Origin: Candidatus Latescibacterota bacterium
GTDB lineage: Bacteria; Latescibacterota; UBA2968; GCA-2709665
Reading direction: 5' to 3'
NCBI GenBank assembly: GCA_965237675.1
Contig: OZ250150.1
Span: forward strand, 1,504,001 to 1,568,000
DNA length: 64,000 nt
A program made the position numbers and the translations under genes. Below, in pieces: positions 53,868 through 63,993 of the stretch. Position 1 is the first letter of the stretch. Each line of letters begins with the position of its first letter. Below the pieces are notes generated by a model. The model made no database searches. It had not been told where the DNA came from and saw only the letters and a list, made by a program, of their open reading frames with translations.

Positions 53868-54311
53868 ATGAAGGTTATATTGACGGAAGAACTGAACAAC
53901 CTTGGCCGGGCCGGATCCGTTGTGGTCGTCAAGGACGGCTACGCCCGGAACTACCTCATCCCCCGGAAACTTGCCCTGGCGGCCAGCAAGGGAAACATGA
54001 ATGTCTACGAGGAACTCAAGCGCCAGAAAGAGGCCGGCAACACCCGCGCCCAGCGCGAGGCCGCGGCCCTCTCGAGGAAACTCGAAAAGGCATCCTGCAC
54101 CATTCCCGTGGCCGTGGGCAAGGAAGACCAGATCTTCGGCTCCGTGACGGCGCAGCACATTTCCGATCAACTCGTGGAGCAGGGCTTCGAGATCGACAGG
54201 CGGTGGATCGAACTCGAGGAACCCATCCGAGCGCTCGGGGTCTACGACGTGTCCGTCCGGCTCCATGCCGAAGTACGCGCAACCGTGAAGGTGTGGGTGG
54301 TGAAGGAATAA
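53868..54311 (+). CDS. rplI: 50S ribosomal protein L9
   Basis: MKVIL...LG..G.VV.VKDGYARNYLIP, FGSVT, PIRALG.Y.V.V.LH. Confidence 0.97.
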   Translation: MKVILTEELNNLGRAGSVVVVKDGYARNYLIPRKLALAASKGNMNVYEELKRQKEAGNTRAQREAAALSRKLEKASCTIPVAVGKEDQIFGSVTAQHISDQLVEQGFEIDRRWIELEEPIRALGVYDVSVRLHAEVRATVKVWVVKE

Positions 54312-54369
54312 CCCGGCTTTTGACGTCTCAGGTTTGGTTTTCGCTTCTCGCTGTATGGTTTTCGATTTT

Positions 54370-55150
54370 TGCTTCAAGCTGACTGCTGACCGCTGATAGC
54401 TGTTTCCAGGGAATAGCACGTCATCGGCATACAAAAGCAGTGGGGAAAGACGGATGGTGGGTCTTGTTCAAGGCCCATGAGACGTTTTTCCTCCTTTCTT
54501 TTTGTTTTTTATTCATTTACGCCCTTTTTCTTTCTCGCCAAAGAAAAAGGGCCAAAAAGAACGGCGCCGCTCAGACGCCGCGGGGCTGCTTTTCCGCGAA
54601 CCACCTCGGTGTCGGAACAGGCGTCTGTGCCCTACGTACCCATATGACCACACAGCGCTCCGGTGCTGGACGGATTGGCGCGGAAAAGCCCCATCTCCGC
54701 CACCGTGCGCGCGAGACGTTGACCGGTAAGGCCCTCCGAGCGGGTTTGCGATTGTACCGCTTTTCGCTGTCTGCAGCTTGCGGTTTTTTCCTTTGTGTTT
54801 TTGTGTGAGGCGGTGTTTTCGTGGGTACAGGCGGGCGACCGGCCGGTCGCCCCTACCAAAACCAGGTATCCGCGAATTGACATCGCCGGTCCGTATCGCT
54901 AACCCTCCCCCTCTCCCCGTGGGAGAGGGGGCCGGGGGGTGAGGGACTTGGGGCCGGGGGGAGAGGTCCCGCGCGGTCGTTGCATTTGTAGGGGCGACCG
55001 CTGGGTCGCCCGGTTCGTGGCGCGCATATCGCTGATTGACATCGCCATGCCATATCGCTAACCCTCCCCCTTTCCTTTAGGAGAGGGGGCCGGGGGGAGA
55101 GGTCGTGAATTTGGTTTTCGCTTTTGCTTCAAGCTGATTGCTGATTTCTT
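54370..55150. repeat. Intergenic mosaic, including 289-bp direct repeat 54668-54956
   Basis: Variable arm at 54520-54687, REP and hairpin modules. Confidence 0.88.
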
Positions 55151-55179
55151 TCACATATGTGAAAGAAAATTTCGATCGT

Positions 55180-55815
55180 TCCGAGTCATTCACCGCCCGA
55201 TGCCTCACGCCTTGAGTCTCTTTATAGGCTGAGGCATTATCTGTATATGCTGTAACGTTTTTGTCCGTATGTCGCGCCACAAAGCCCCGCCAATAGCTTC
55301 TGCAACCTCAGCGTCAACCCTATTGGTCTGCCCCGTCCCACCCTCCCACAACTAGGGTGAATTATTCGCAAAGAGTTGTGGTGTTCTTGAATAAGAGGTT
55401 GTTTTTCAATAAATTAAGAGTAGGGAATCACGACAACTCTTGAAGTTGTGGGATCGGGTTGGCAAAAGTGATGTCGTACAGTCGTATGATGGACGGATTC
55501 ATCGCTATAACCCGGAATAGGGAGCATGCTTCCTGCTTTTCGTTTTTATCCCTTCCATCCTGTCCATCCATGTAAATTCCGGTTTCTGAATTTTTAAGGC
55601 TGGGGTCTTGCCTGCAGTGCCGCGTCCAGCGTTCGGCTTCTTGCTGGCATGTTTTTTGCGTTCCTTGCCGCCAATGGTGGTTTCCTCTACCGGACCCTCA
55701 AAGAGCCCGTTGGTTGCTGAGCCTGTCGAAGCATCGGCGCATGCCTCGCGGATGCGGAGCGCCATGTGCCACTCGGTCTTCTGAGTTACGCCAATGTCCC
55801 GGTGCAATTTCAGAG
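55180..55815 (-). pseudogene. Fragmented IS1595-family transposase remnant
   Basis: Two pieces: LHRDIGVTQKTEWHM..RIRE...GPVEETTIGGKE...GRGTAGKTP (~55600-55810) and FVARHT...AYTDNASAY...HRAVNDS (~55180-55290), separated by unrelated DNA. Confidence 0.8.
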
Positions 55816-55876
55816 GTGTTTTACGGCGCAGCAAGGCAGTTTTATCGGAGCGTGCTGATTCACAGGGAGGTTGGTG

Positions 55877-56177
55877 ATGCAGGTTCGAACGTTTTTAAGT
55901 CCGGGTTTGGCGTTTTTGCTGTCAGTTGGCGTTGTTGGCGTCGCGTCCGCACAGGAAGTCGCCCGCACGCGGGGTATTATGATTCGCGTCGACAAACCGG
56001 CTGCCAACGCGTGGGTGAAAATCGACGACAAGATCGAGATTCGCATCCTGGCTTTCGACGGTCTCCTCAATGGCGGTTTCCGGGTGTCGGTTGTCGATTC
56101 AAAGCTCGCTGACGACGATGTCGGTACCACTGCCGGCGGGTCGGCCGCCGCCGATGGATTCGTTTACTATAATATAA
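55877..56177 (+). pseudogene. 5' part (signal peptide, ~100 codons) of the large surface protein interrupted by the IS1595 element
   Basis: GGAGG RBS, MQVRTFLSPGLAFLLSVGVVGVASA signal peptide. Joins 59341 in frame when the element and one TSD are removed. Confidence 0.9.
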
Positions 56178-56328
56178 GGCACCTATATACTTAACTACCC
56201 GTCCATAACCCTTTAATTTATAACGGTTTAATAATTATTATAAGATGAATATTGTCTTTACTTAAAATAATTGTTATAATTGTTGTAAATTAAAGGGTTA
56301 TGGGGGTACCCTAGACTATAAATAAGTG

Positions 56329-56356
56329 AAAACCCTCGATCGGTCAGGATCGAGGG
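56329..56356 (-). terminator. Intrinsic terminator after the DUF2188 gene
   Basis: CCCTCGATC-6nt-GATCGAGGG stem followed by TTTT on the minus strand. Confidence 0.6.
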
Positions 56357-56383
56357 CTCAGACAGGTCATCGTTGGTTGGGGT

Positions 56384-56605
56384 TTAACCACGGGGTGGAA
56401 ACGGGTCTTTCCCGTAGCTGTTTTTGGTTCCGAATTGCCCATTCTTCTTATGGATGATCAATTCGCTTTCAGAAACCTTAGCTATCATTCTGCCTATGCG
56501 AGCGGCTTCAGCCTGTGTTGTGGCATTGGAAATTGGTTCCGGTCGGCCAGCCTGCTTTACGGCCCAATCTCCATCATCGGGTACAACATGGATTGAATTT
56601 GCCAT
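56384..56605 (-). CDS. DUF2188-family small protein (IS passenger)
   Basis: HVVP...WAVK..G......TQAEA...GR.IA....SELIIH..NG.....SYG.DPFPPRG. Confidence 0.85.
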   Translation of the reverse strand: MANSIHVVPDDGDWAVKQAGRPEPISNATTQAEAARIGRMIAKVSESELIIHKKNGQFGTKNSYGKDPFPPRG

Positions 56606-56681
56606 CGCGGATTCCTTCCACGATGACCTGTCGTTTGAAATATACTGATGAGGCTATGTTTAGTCAAGTTCCAGGGTGCGT

Positions 56682-57017
56682 CTAAGTCGCTTTGCCATCA
56701 AGAATTTCATCTATTCTATCCAATAATGGTTCGATTATTTCTCTATTTTCTTTAATCCAATATTCAGTATCTGTTAAATCTTCCCTGATTAATGAAACAT
56801 GATTTAAAATATCCTTCTTAATATCAGGAAATTTAGTACCTACGCTTCTCATAAAAATGCGAAGGAAAGAATACATTAAGAGATTTTCCAAATACATTTT
56901 TGCAATAACTGGTGAAGCGTTTGCCAAAACGGTCTCTTTGGCTATTTCTTCCATCATATTCCGAATTTCTTGAATAGAATATCTTCGTTTAAAACCGATT
57001 CGTGATTGTGTAGACAT
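56682..57017 (-). CDS. Hypothetical protein (IS passenger)
   Basis: 111-aa ORF with AAGGAG RBS, divergent from the transposase. No recognised motif. Confidence 0.6.
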   Translation of the reverse strand: MSTQSRIGFKRRYSIQEIRNMMEEIAKETVLANASPVIAKMYLENLLMYSFLRIFMRSVGTKFPDIKKDILNHVSLIREDLTDTEYWIKENREIIEPLLDRIDEILDGKAT

Positions 57018-57131
57018 AATTCTCCTTTTGCCTCCTCGAAAAAACCCCTTGTCTTCTGGATCTTCCTTATATATATTATTAATACACCTTATAGTTTATG
57101 ATAAACCCGTATTAATAATATATATGAGGAG

Positions 57132-58049
57132 GTGAATATGTCAACTGAAATATCGATATTTAAGCTGCACGAGATGTTCCCGGATGAAGCCTCGGCCGAA
57201 GCCTGGTTTGAGAAGTTACTTTGGCCGGAAGGTGTTCGTTGCTCAGGCTGTGGAAGTGAGGATATCCAGGCACGACCGACGAAAAAGCCTTTGCCTTATC
57301 GCTGCCGCAGTTGTCGGACAGATTTTTCGGTAAGGACTGGAACCTTACTGCACAGGTCACATCTACCCTTGCGGAAATGGGTTTTCGCCATTTACTTAAT
57401 AAGTCGCCCAAAGGGAATTCCTTCTACTCAGTTGGCACGTGATTTAGGCATAACGCAGAAAACAGCTTGGTTCTTGGGCCATCGAATACGACAGGCTTGT
57501 TTACAATTTGGACGGAAGTTTTTGGGAACGGTTGAAGTAGATGAAACTTTTGTAGGTGGGAAAAAATCAAATAAACATCGTATTAAAGGGCAAAAATTTA
57601 AGCGAGGAACTGCGGATAAAGTTCCCATAATTGGTGTTTTTGAAAGAGGGACGAAAAAGGTTCAAACAAAGGTCTTAGGTGATATGTACGGAGGAACATT
57701 ACGTAAACCGATATACGATTGGGTATATAAAGGAATGTCCGTTTATAGTGATGAAAAATTAGAATATAAGAAAATATCTGAAGACTATTATCACGCATTT
57801 GTCCGACACGGCGCAGGACAGTATGTTAAGGGTAAGGCGCATACCAACGGGTTAGAAAATTTCTGGAGTCTGTTCAAACGTGGGTATATGGGAACTTATC
57901 ATGTAATGAGCCCTAAACATCTTTGGAGATATGCGCGAGAGTTCACCGCCCGACATAACGCAAAACCCTTGGGCGTTTACGGATTTATGAAGAAACTAGT
58001 CCAGGGGATGAGAGGTCAGCGACTACAATACCAGGAGCTTATAGCATGA
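57132..58049 (+). CDS. IS1595-family (ISXO2-like) DDE transposase, apparently intact
   Basis: Zn ribbon CSGC...YRCRSC, HTH (QLARDLGITQKTAW), VEVDETFVGG, YSDE, HTNGLENFWSLFKRG, SPKHL.RY..EF. Confidence 0.95.
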   Translation: MNMSTEISIFKLHEMFPDEASAEAWFEKLLWPEGVRCSGCGSEDIQARPTKKPLPYRCRSCRTDFSVRTGTLLHRSHLPLRKWVFAIYLISRPKGIPSTQLARDLGITQKTAWFLGHRIRQACLQFGRKFLGTVEVDETFVGGKKSNKHRIKGQKFKRGTADKVPIIGVFERGTKKVQTKVLGDMYGGTLRKPIYDWVYKGMSVYSDEKLEYKKISEDYYHAFVRHGAGQYVKGKAHTNGLENFWSLFKRGYMGTYHVMSPKHLWRYAREFTARHNAKPLGVYGFMKKLVQGMRGQRLQYQELIA

Positions 58050-58180
58050 AGAAAGAGAAGACATTTAAAACGAACCTCAGCCCTGAAGATGTTGGCCGGG
58101 CGATATTACAGCCGAATAAATTTGCGGCACCAAAAGGTACACGTCGAAAGAAAAAGAAGAAAAAAGTAAGGGTTAAGTAG
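58046..58180 (+). CDS. Small basic protein (44 aa) coupled to the transposase
   Basis: ATGA overlap with the transposase stop. MKKEKTFKTNLSPEDVGRAILQPNKFAAPKGTRRKKKKKKVRVK. Confidence 0.55.
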   Translation: MKKEKTFKTNLSPEDVGRAILQPNKFAAPKGTRRKKKKKKVRVK

Positions 58181-58384
58181 TTGGGTTAGATTTATTTTCT
58201 TGTGATTTTTTCTCTATCAGTTATATTCACAATTGCAAGCATCCAGGAGGTCGCTATGCCGGGTCTCCTGCCTAATATAATAGCCAATTTGTGGCGAATA
58301 AGCAGGGCTCACCCTCCTGTGATGCTTGCAAGGCCCGTCACCAATTAAAGTAGTACTCGCTCCGCAAGGGCGACAGGAGGAAAA

Positions 58385-58915
58385 ATGAACTGGCTTCGTA
58401 GGGAGGGGTATGTACCCTATCGTTTAGCGATAGGGTTTTTTGTGTTATTAAGCTATTCACAACAGATCAATGCAGAAGAAAAATCAGTAAAAGAAGAACC
58501 GTTCATAGTAAGAAAGGTCCGTTGGGGAATGAGTAGGAAACAAGTGTGGCTGTCTGAAGATTGGAAACTAGTCCATCAAGAATCTAATATTTTGATTTAC
58601 AAAGGTTCTGTCGGTGGCTATGAATGTCGCCTCAACTATCATTTTGTAGCGGGTAATTTAAAAAAAGTTAAATATAGTTTTTCCTATGTAACTATAGATT
58701 TTTATCGTCGTACGGTAACTCAACTTATTGCAAAGTATGGTCACCCAAAAACTAAATTTCACATAGGATTTCTATGGACGGTGAAAGATGAAACATTTAT
58801 TGGTATTGCGCACGAACCTGAATACCGTAAACCGAGTCCGATGATAGTATCGTATGAAAAAATAGACGAATCAAAAGTAAACGAAGACGTTCTCTTTGAT
58901 GAATTTGCATTTTAA
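58385..58915 (+). CDS. Hypothetical exported protein (IS passenger)
   Basis: AGGAGG RBS, hydrophobic signal-like stretch, RKVRWGMS motif. Confidence 0.7.
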   Translation: MNWLRREGYVPYRLAIGFFVLLSYSQQINAEEKSVKEEPFIVRKVRWGMSRKQVWLSEDWKLVHQESNILIYKGSVGGYECRLNYHFVAGNLKKVKYSFSYVTIDFYRRTVTQLIAKYGHPKTKFHIGFLWTVKDETFIGIAHEPEYRKPSPMIVSYEKIDESKVNEDVLFDEFAF

Positions 58916-59160
58916 CATGAATATATGTGTTGATATTTTTTACCCAATTTACTTAATTCTTGATCTGAGTACCAACCTTCCTTTAATGCTACCGTTGGCC
59001 AATCTTTGATTGGAATTTCATTTTTCAGTTTTGTATAGAGTTCCTTTTCAAGTAGTTGCATCCTCTTAGGTGAGGTATGAGGGGCAGCTGTTTTTACCAT
59101 TGTCGCCAGAATTGGGAGACGGTATTTTGGGATGTACTTGACCGGTAAGGGAAGTCTCAT
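58912..59160 (-). CDS. Hypothetical protein (IS passenger)
   Basis: AAGGAG RBS before the ATG at 59160, 82 aa, no recognised motif. Confidence 0.45.
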   Translation of the reverse strand: MRLPLPVKYIPKYRLPILATMVKTAAPHTSPKRMQLLEKELYTKLKNEIPIKDWPTVALKEGWYSDQELSKLGKKYQHIYSC

Positions 59161-59340
59161 GGTAAAGTCTCCTTTTATCGTTGTCATTTGTAGTTTCAAC
59201 CGTCGTGTGTCTGCACGGCGGTTGATTTATTGTGGGGTCATAAATAATATACTGATATGGGGGACAGGAGACAACCCTTATGTCAAGTTTCTACTAGGCT
59301 TATAGGCGCGGGTAATCAAGTATATAGGTGCTTAATATAA

Positions 59341-62300
59341 ATGTGCCCAATCCTGGTAATCTCCCAGGCGGAGTCGAGTTTGGCGACGGCGAGTCGTCAG
59401 GTGTCGACACGTTCAATGTTTCCATAGCCGTCGTCGCGCAGGGTACAGCCTTCGAGTCGGAAAACAGCCGTGCTGTGAAAGTTGTGGTCGACCTCGACGC
59501 GGCCACGGCCGGCAACGAGTTGAACAACCTGATGACGAACAAGAAGATCACCCCCGGTTCCTCGGGCTTCGGCGCCAGCAGGGTCGGCGACGGGGTGCGG
59601 TTCGGTATCGACGCCAATCGCCCGAGGCACGCCAACGTGTTCAAGTCCTTCTCCGTTGAAACAGAAGACCTGAGTGTCGATACGACCCGGGCGGGTCTGA
59701 TCGATCGGGTGAAGATCAGGAGTGGAGATGAAATTACCATCAGACTCGGTCTGAACACGGGCAGTGTGTTAAATGCAGGAGCAAACAGCATCCAGGTCGG
59801 TATTGTGGAGACAGACTCGGCATTTTCCACGGCGCCAGTTTCCTTTGAGCTTCGCCGAGACAAGCTGTACAGTGCGAATCTGCGGGATTCGGAGATCGTT
59901 GAGGAGGGCGATTTTGCCGATAACCAGCGGGTACGGGTCGAAGCCTATCTCGTGGATGCCGCCGGTAACCTGGGCGGCGCCTCAATGGGTGCTCGAACGG
60001 CTTCAGCCGTCAGCGCCCCGCATGGATTTCCCGACGGTTTCGATCCCAATGGTGTCGAGTGGATCGCGGACGCAACCCCGCCCGGGATTACGATCATCTA
60101 CCCCCATCCGGATCGCATGGAAGATCGGATCTCGGCGGCCGTCACACAGACGCTGTCGGGTTATTATCCCCTGCCCGGGGAGGCGCAGGATGTTCAGACC
60201 GACCGCAGGTTGAACCCGCTCGAGTTTGAAATCAGCGAAGTTCCGGACGCCATCAGGATCACCCATGGCGACAGCACGCACGGGTTTGGCAGTGGCGCTA
60301 TCGATGATGCAACCCCCACGGACGTCGACGAAGATATGGCTCCGACCGGCAACGATTCCACGGCCACGCTCAGTCTCCCGTGGAAATACGCCAAAGCGGG
60401 CGGTGTAAAGAAAGACCTGAAGATTGAGGTCTGGGACAGCCTTGGGAACACGTCTTCGATGGACCTTGCGGGCATCTGGTACGACGAGAAAGCGCCGGAA
60501 ATCGGCAATCTGTTTCCCTCCGACGCCACCGCGCCCAGGGACGTGGAAAACGACGACGAGCGCACCATCAACCTGGCCACCAGGGATCCGGTCTTCACGA
60601 TCGATGAAGCGTTGGATTCGCTGTCCGTCCGTTATATTGAGACCGGCGGTGGAGCCACGGCCATAAAGCAGAGTTTCGGCCAGGGCAACCCTCGCCTGAA
60701 GACCACCGGCGAACGGGTGTACTGGCCGGTGCACGATACGAACTTTGTAGAACGAAGTCGGTACGATTTGCAGATCCTGGCGATCGACCTTGCCGGTAAC
60801 GCCAGCGTGACCGACGGCGGGACGCTCACGTTCACCCGGGGCTTCCTGAACCCGAACGCCGACATCTTCAAGATCGTCGACATGCCGGATCAGCAGGGCG
60901 GGGTCGTTACCGGTCGGGATTTCTCGATGCGGATCTCCGTCCTGGACACCATGCTGACCCGCATCGAGGAAGCCGACGTTCGCGCGGCGACCTATCATCG
61001 GATTGCGTCGTTAGGCGTCATCGTTTCCGGAGACCAGGCCGACGCGCTTGCCGGCGTGAGCTTCAGCGGAATCGGCGTATCGGATGCGCCGGACTTTACT
61101 CTTCCCGCCGAGTTGGCGGCCGCGGGCATGGTTGCCAGGGCCGCCATTCTGGACGGCGAGGGATGGCACGCGGGCCAACGTGACGTCAAGTTCAAATCGT
61201 CAAAGCCGCTCAGCAATGTCACCGTTATGGCGGCAGAGCGATTCAAGGACCCCGCCACCGGGAGCTACTCCCTGAAGACCGTCGGGCAGCTTGATGTTCC
61301 CGTCGACGTCAGCGCCTCCGAGTTGTCGCGGTTTGTGGTAACGGCCATCGAGGGCCAGGCCACGTCCAGCAACGTCGTTGGCGGGTTTACCGTCCGGGTG
61401 GTTCCGGCCGATGAATTCGGCAACCCGAGTATGAAGATCGATCCAACGCCCGATTCCAGGACGTATGAATCGGTGGCCGTTACGTTCGCTTCCAATAACG
61501 GCGCGGTAAAGGTGCCCTTTGGCCGGCAGGAAGTTGCCGCCGGTGGGACCGATTTCGGGGCGGTGGCGGCCAACATGGACGGCAGTGCGGTGGTTTCCGT
61601 ACGGACGATCAGGGAAGACTTCATTACTGACGCGGACATCCACTTCGCCGCGGCCGATGGAACTGATAGGGATGATACCGCCGGCGCCCTCAGCGGTAGC
61701 GTGACAGTCAGTTTCGCGCCTGAAGGCGGTCCCGTACCGGATCCGGGCGCCCCGTCTGCTCCTGCATACATTGGGGTCCGGGACTACATGGGCGCGGACG
61801 GACAGGGCGACCAGGGCGGCCTGGTGATGATCAACTTCCCGTATTCCGCGCAGCACGACGCCGTGGTGGCCTACCAGATCCACAGGGAAATCGACAAGAC
61901 CGCCAGGTTGGATGATGAGGGCAACGTGATCGAGCTCGAAGTAGCCGTGAAGGAATGGGTGCCCTGGGCCAGCATCAGCTTCGGCGCCGATGATCTCGGC
62001 GGCAACGTGAAGGGCGACATGCAGAATGTGGTCATCCCGGCACTCGACAACGTATCCACCAACTGGGGCGTCGTGTCTGTGGGCAAGGCGGGAACCTCCG
62101 ATATGACCGCGGCCGGCAAGCGCGTGTTCACGGTGGAGAGCGTGCAGCAAACCCTCGAGTTGCCGGGTATGGCGCCCGACGCGGTTCTGACGGACGAGGA
62201 ACTGGCGGATCGGTTCAATGCTCCCGAAGACGACGTCAAGTCCATCATCGGCAATCGGAAGAACCTGGTCTTCGTCCCCGTCAATCCCGATGTGAGCGTG

Positions 62301-63734
62301 TTGATGGGCAACGCCTCGGTTCCGGCCGACATCCGGACGGCCGCGGGTAATCTCATGCTGTCCGATCGCACGGTCACCGAGGAGCCCGTCGCAGCCGTTG
62401 ACAACATCGCGCCTGCCGCGGTCACCGGCGCTTCCGGCGACGGCGCCGGAGGCGTTGTACTTCGGTGGACGGCTTCCGCCGATGACAGGATTGTGTCATA
62501 CATCCCCTATACCATATACAACAACGAGGACAGCAACATCCCGATTCTGGGTGTCAGCGGCTACAAGGTGATGAGGGGCGCCTCGGCCGACGACCTCGAG
62601 GAGATTGCCACCCTCGATCCGGGATCCGCGCAGTTCACGGACGACAACGTGCCGGACGGGGCCACCTCGCTGGTGTACCGGATTGACGCGTATGACGACA
62701 ACAACGTGGCGATGGGTGAACGGATCGCGGTCGACAACATTTCGGTCCGTGTGCGTTTCGTCGATGCCAACGGCGATCCGGTCTACCTCGTCAGGCTGCC
62801 GTCGCAGGGCGGCAACATGGAGGTTGACTTCGAAGACTTCGTCGCCTTTGCACAGGCCTTCAACAGCCGGAAGGGCGATGCCAACTACAATCCGCAGGCC
62901 GACGTCAACGACGACGGCTCGGTGGACTTCTCCGACTTCGTAACGGCGTCAGCTACCTTTGGTCTTACGGCCGTGGTTCCGGCAGGCAGCAAGCTGGCCA
63001 TTTCGCCGCAGCGCCCGGGCGTGAACGCCAATACGGAGATGACCCTCGAACTGACCAGCGAGACGGTGAAGGTTGGCGAGACGATCTCGGTGACGGTATC
63101 CATGGCCAACGCGAAACAGTTGAACGGCTTCGGTCTGGAACTGACGTATGACGCCGAGAAGTTCGAATTCGTCAGTGCCGTTCCCGCTGAAGACGATCTG
63201 TTGAACTCTCAGGGTGGCGAGACGCCGTTGTTCAAGAACTGGCCGGAAGAGGGCCGGGTCTCGGTGGTCAACGCCATTATCGACGCGGGTTCCGTGAGCG
63301 GCGAGGGTGCGCTTGTGACCTTCACGTTCAAGGTTCTGCGGGAGTTCGAGGACAACGCCCGGTTGGAGATCGCACAGGGCGTGGTATTCGATCCCGATCA
63401 GCTACAGAACCCGGTGGTGTCGCTCGGTGCGCTGGACGTGCAGAGCACGCCCACCGAGTTCGCGCTGCACCAGAACTTCCCGAACCCGTTCAATCCTCAA
63501 ACCAACATTCCGTACGACCTGGCGGAAAGCGGCGACGTGGTTCTGCGGATCTACAACCTGCTGGGCCAGGAGGTGCGCACGCTGGTGCGTGAGCGTCAGC
63601 CCGTCGGTCGCTACACGGTTCAGTGGAGCGGAATGGACGACCGTGGCGTCTCGGTTTCGAGTGGAATTTACTTCTATCAGGTCTCGGTTGCCGGTAAGTT
63701 CCAGGATGCCAGGCGGTTGACGTTGCTTAAATAA
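59341..63734 (+). pseudogene. 3' part of large secreted protein: Ig/Fn3-like repeats, dockerin-like EF-hand pair, cohesin-like domain and FlgD-Ig/T9SS-like CTD
   Basis: D.AGN motifs, DFEDFVAFAQAFN...ADVNDDGSVDFSDF, VKVGETISVTV...LNGFGLELTYD..KFEFVS, EFALHQNFPNPFNPQT...IYNLLGQEVRTLV...SGIYFY. No internal stops. Confidence 0.88.
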
Positions 63735-63760
63735 TCGCTTTCGCGCAGCAGGATATTCAG

Positions 63761-63800
63761 GAGCCGCCGGACATCGTCCGACGGCTCTCTCTTTATTATT
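63761..63800 (+). terminator. Intrinsic terminator
   Basis: GAGCCGCCGGAC-ATC-GTCCGACGGCTC followed by a T-rich tail. Confidence 0.6.
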
Positions 63801-63968
63801 ACCACACCCGAACTCTGCCCTATACTTCCCCACTCCCCCACTTCAACATCCACCTCTCCCCAAATTCCCTGCCTCCGGGCGGGCGACAGGTCGTACGCGA
63901 GGGACCGCGGGGTGTGCATGGATGCTCTGGCCGATGTACGCACGACATCTCGCGCCGTTGTTGAAATT

Positions 63969-63993
63969 GTAGGGGCAACCCTTGTGGTTGCCC
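63969..63993 (+). repeat. REP palindrome (start of the next mosaic island)
   Basis: GTAGGGGCAACCCTTGTGGTTGCCC. Confidence 0.85.

Larger units (their letters stand above)
56178..59332. mobile_element. IS1595-family transporter element (3155 bp) with passenger genes
   Basis: TIRs GGCACCTATATACTTAACTACCCG / CGGGTAATCAAGTATATAGGTGCT (21/24). 8-bp TSD TAATATAA at 56170-56177 and 59333-59340. AT-rich interior. Confidence 0.93.

Noticed and set aside
59328-59340. GTG at 59328 as the natural start of a 1468-aa gene
   Set aside because: It lies in the IS terminal repeat and TSD. The true start and signal peptide are at 55877.
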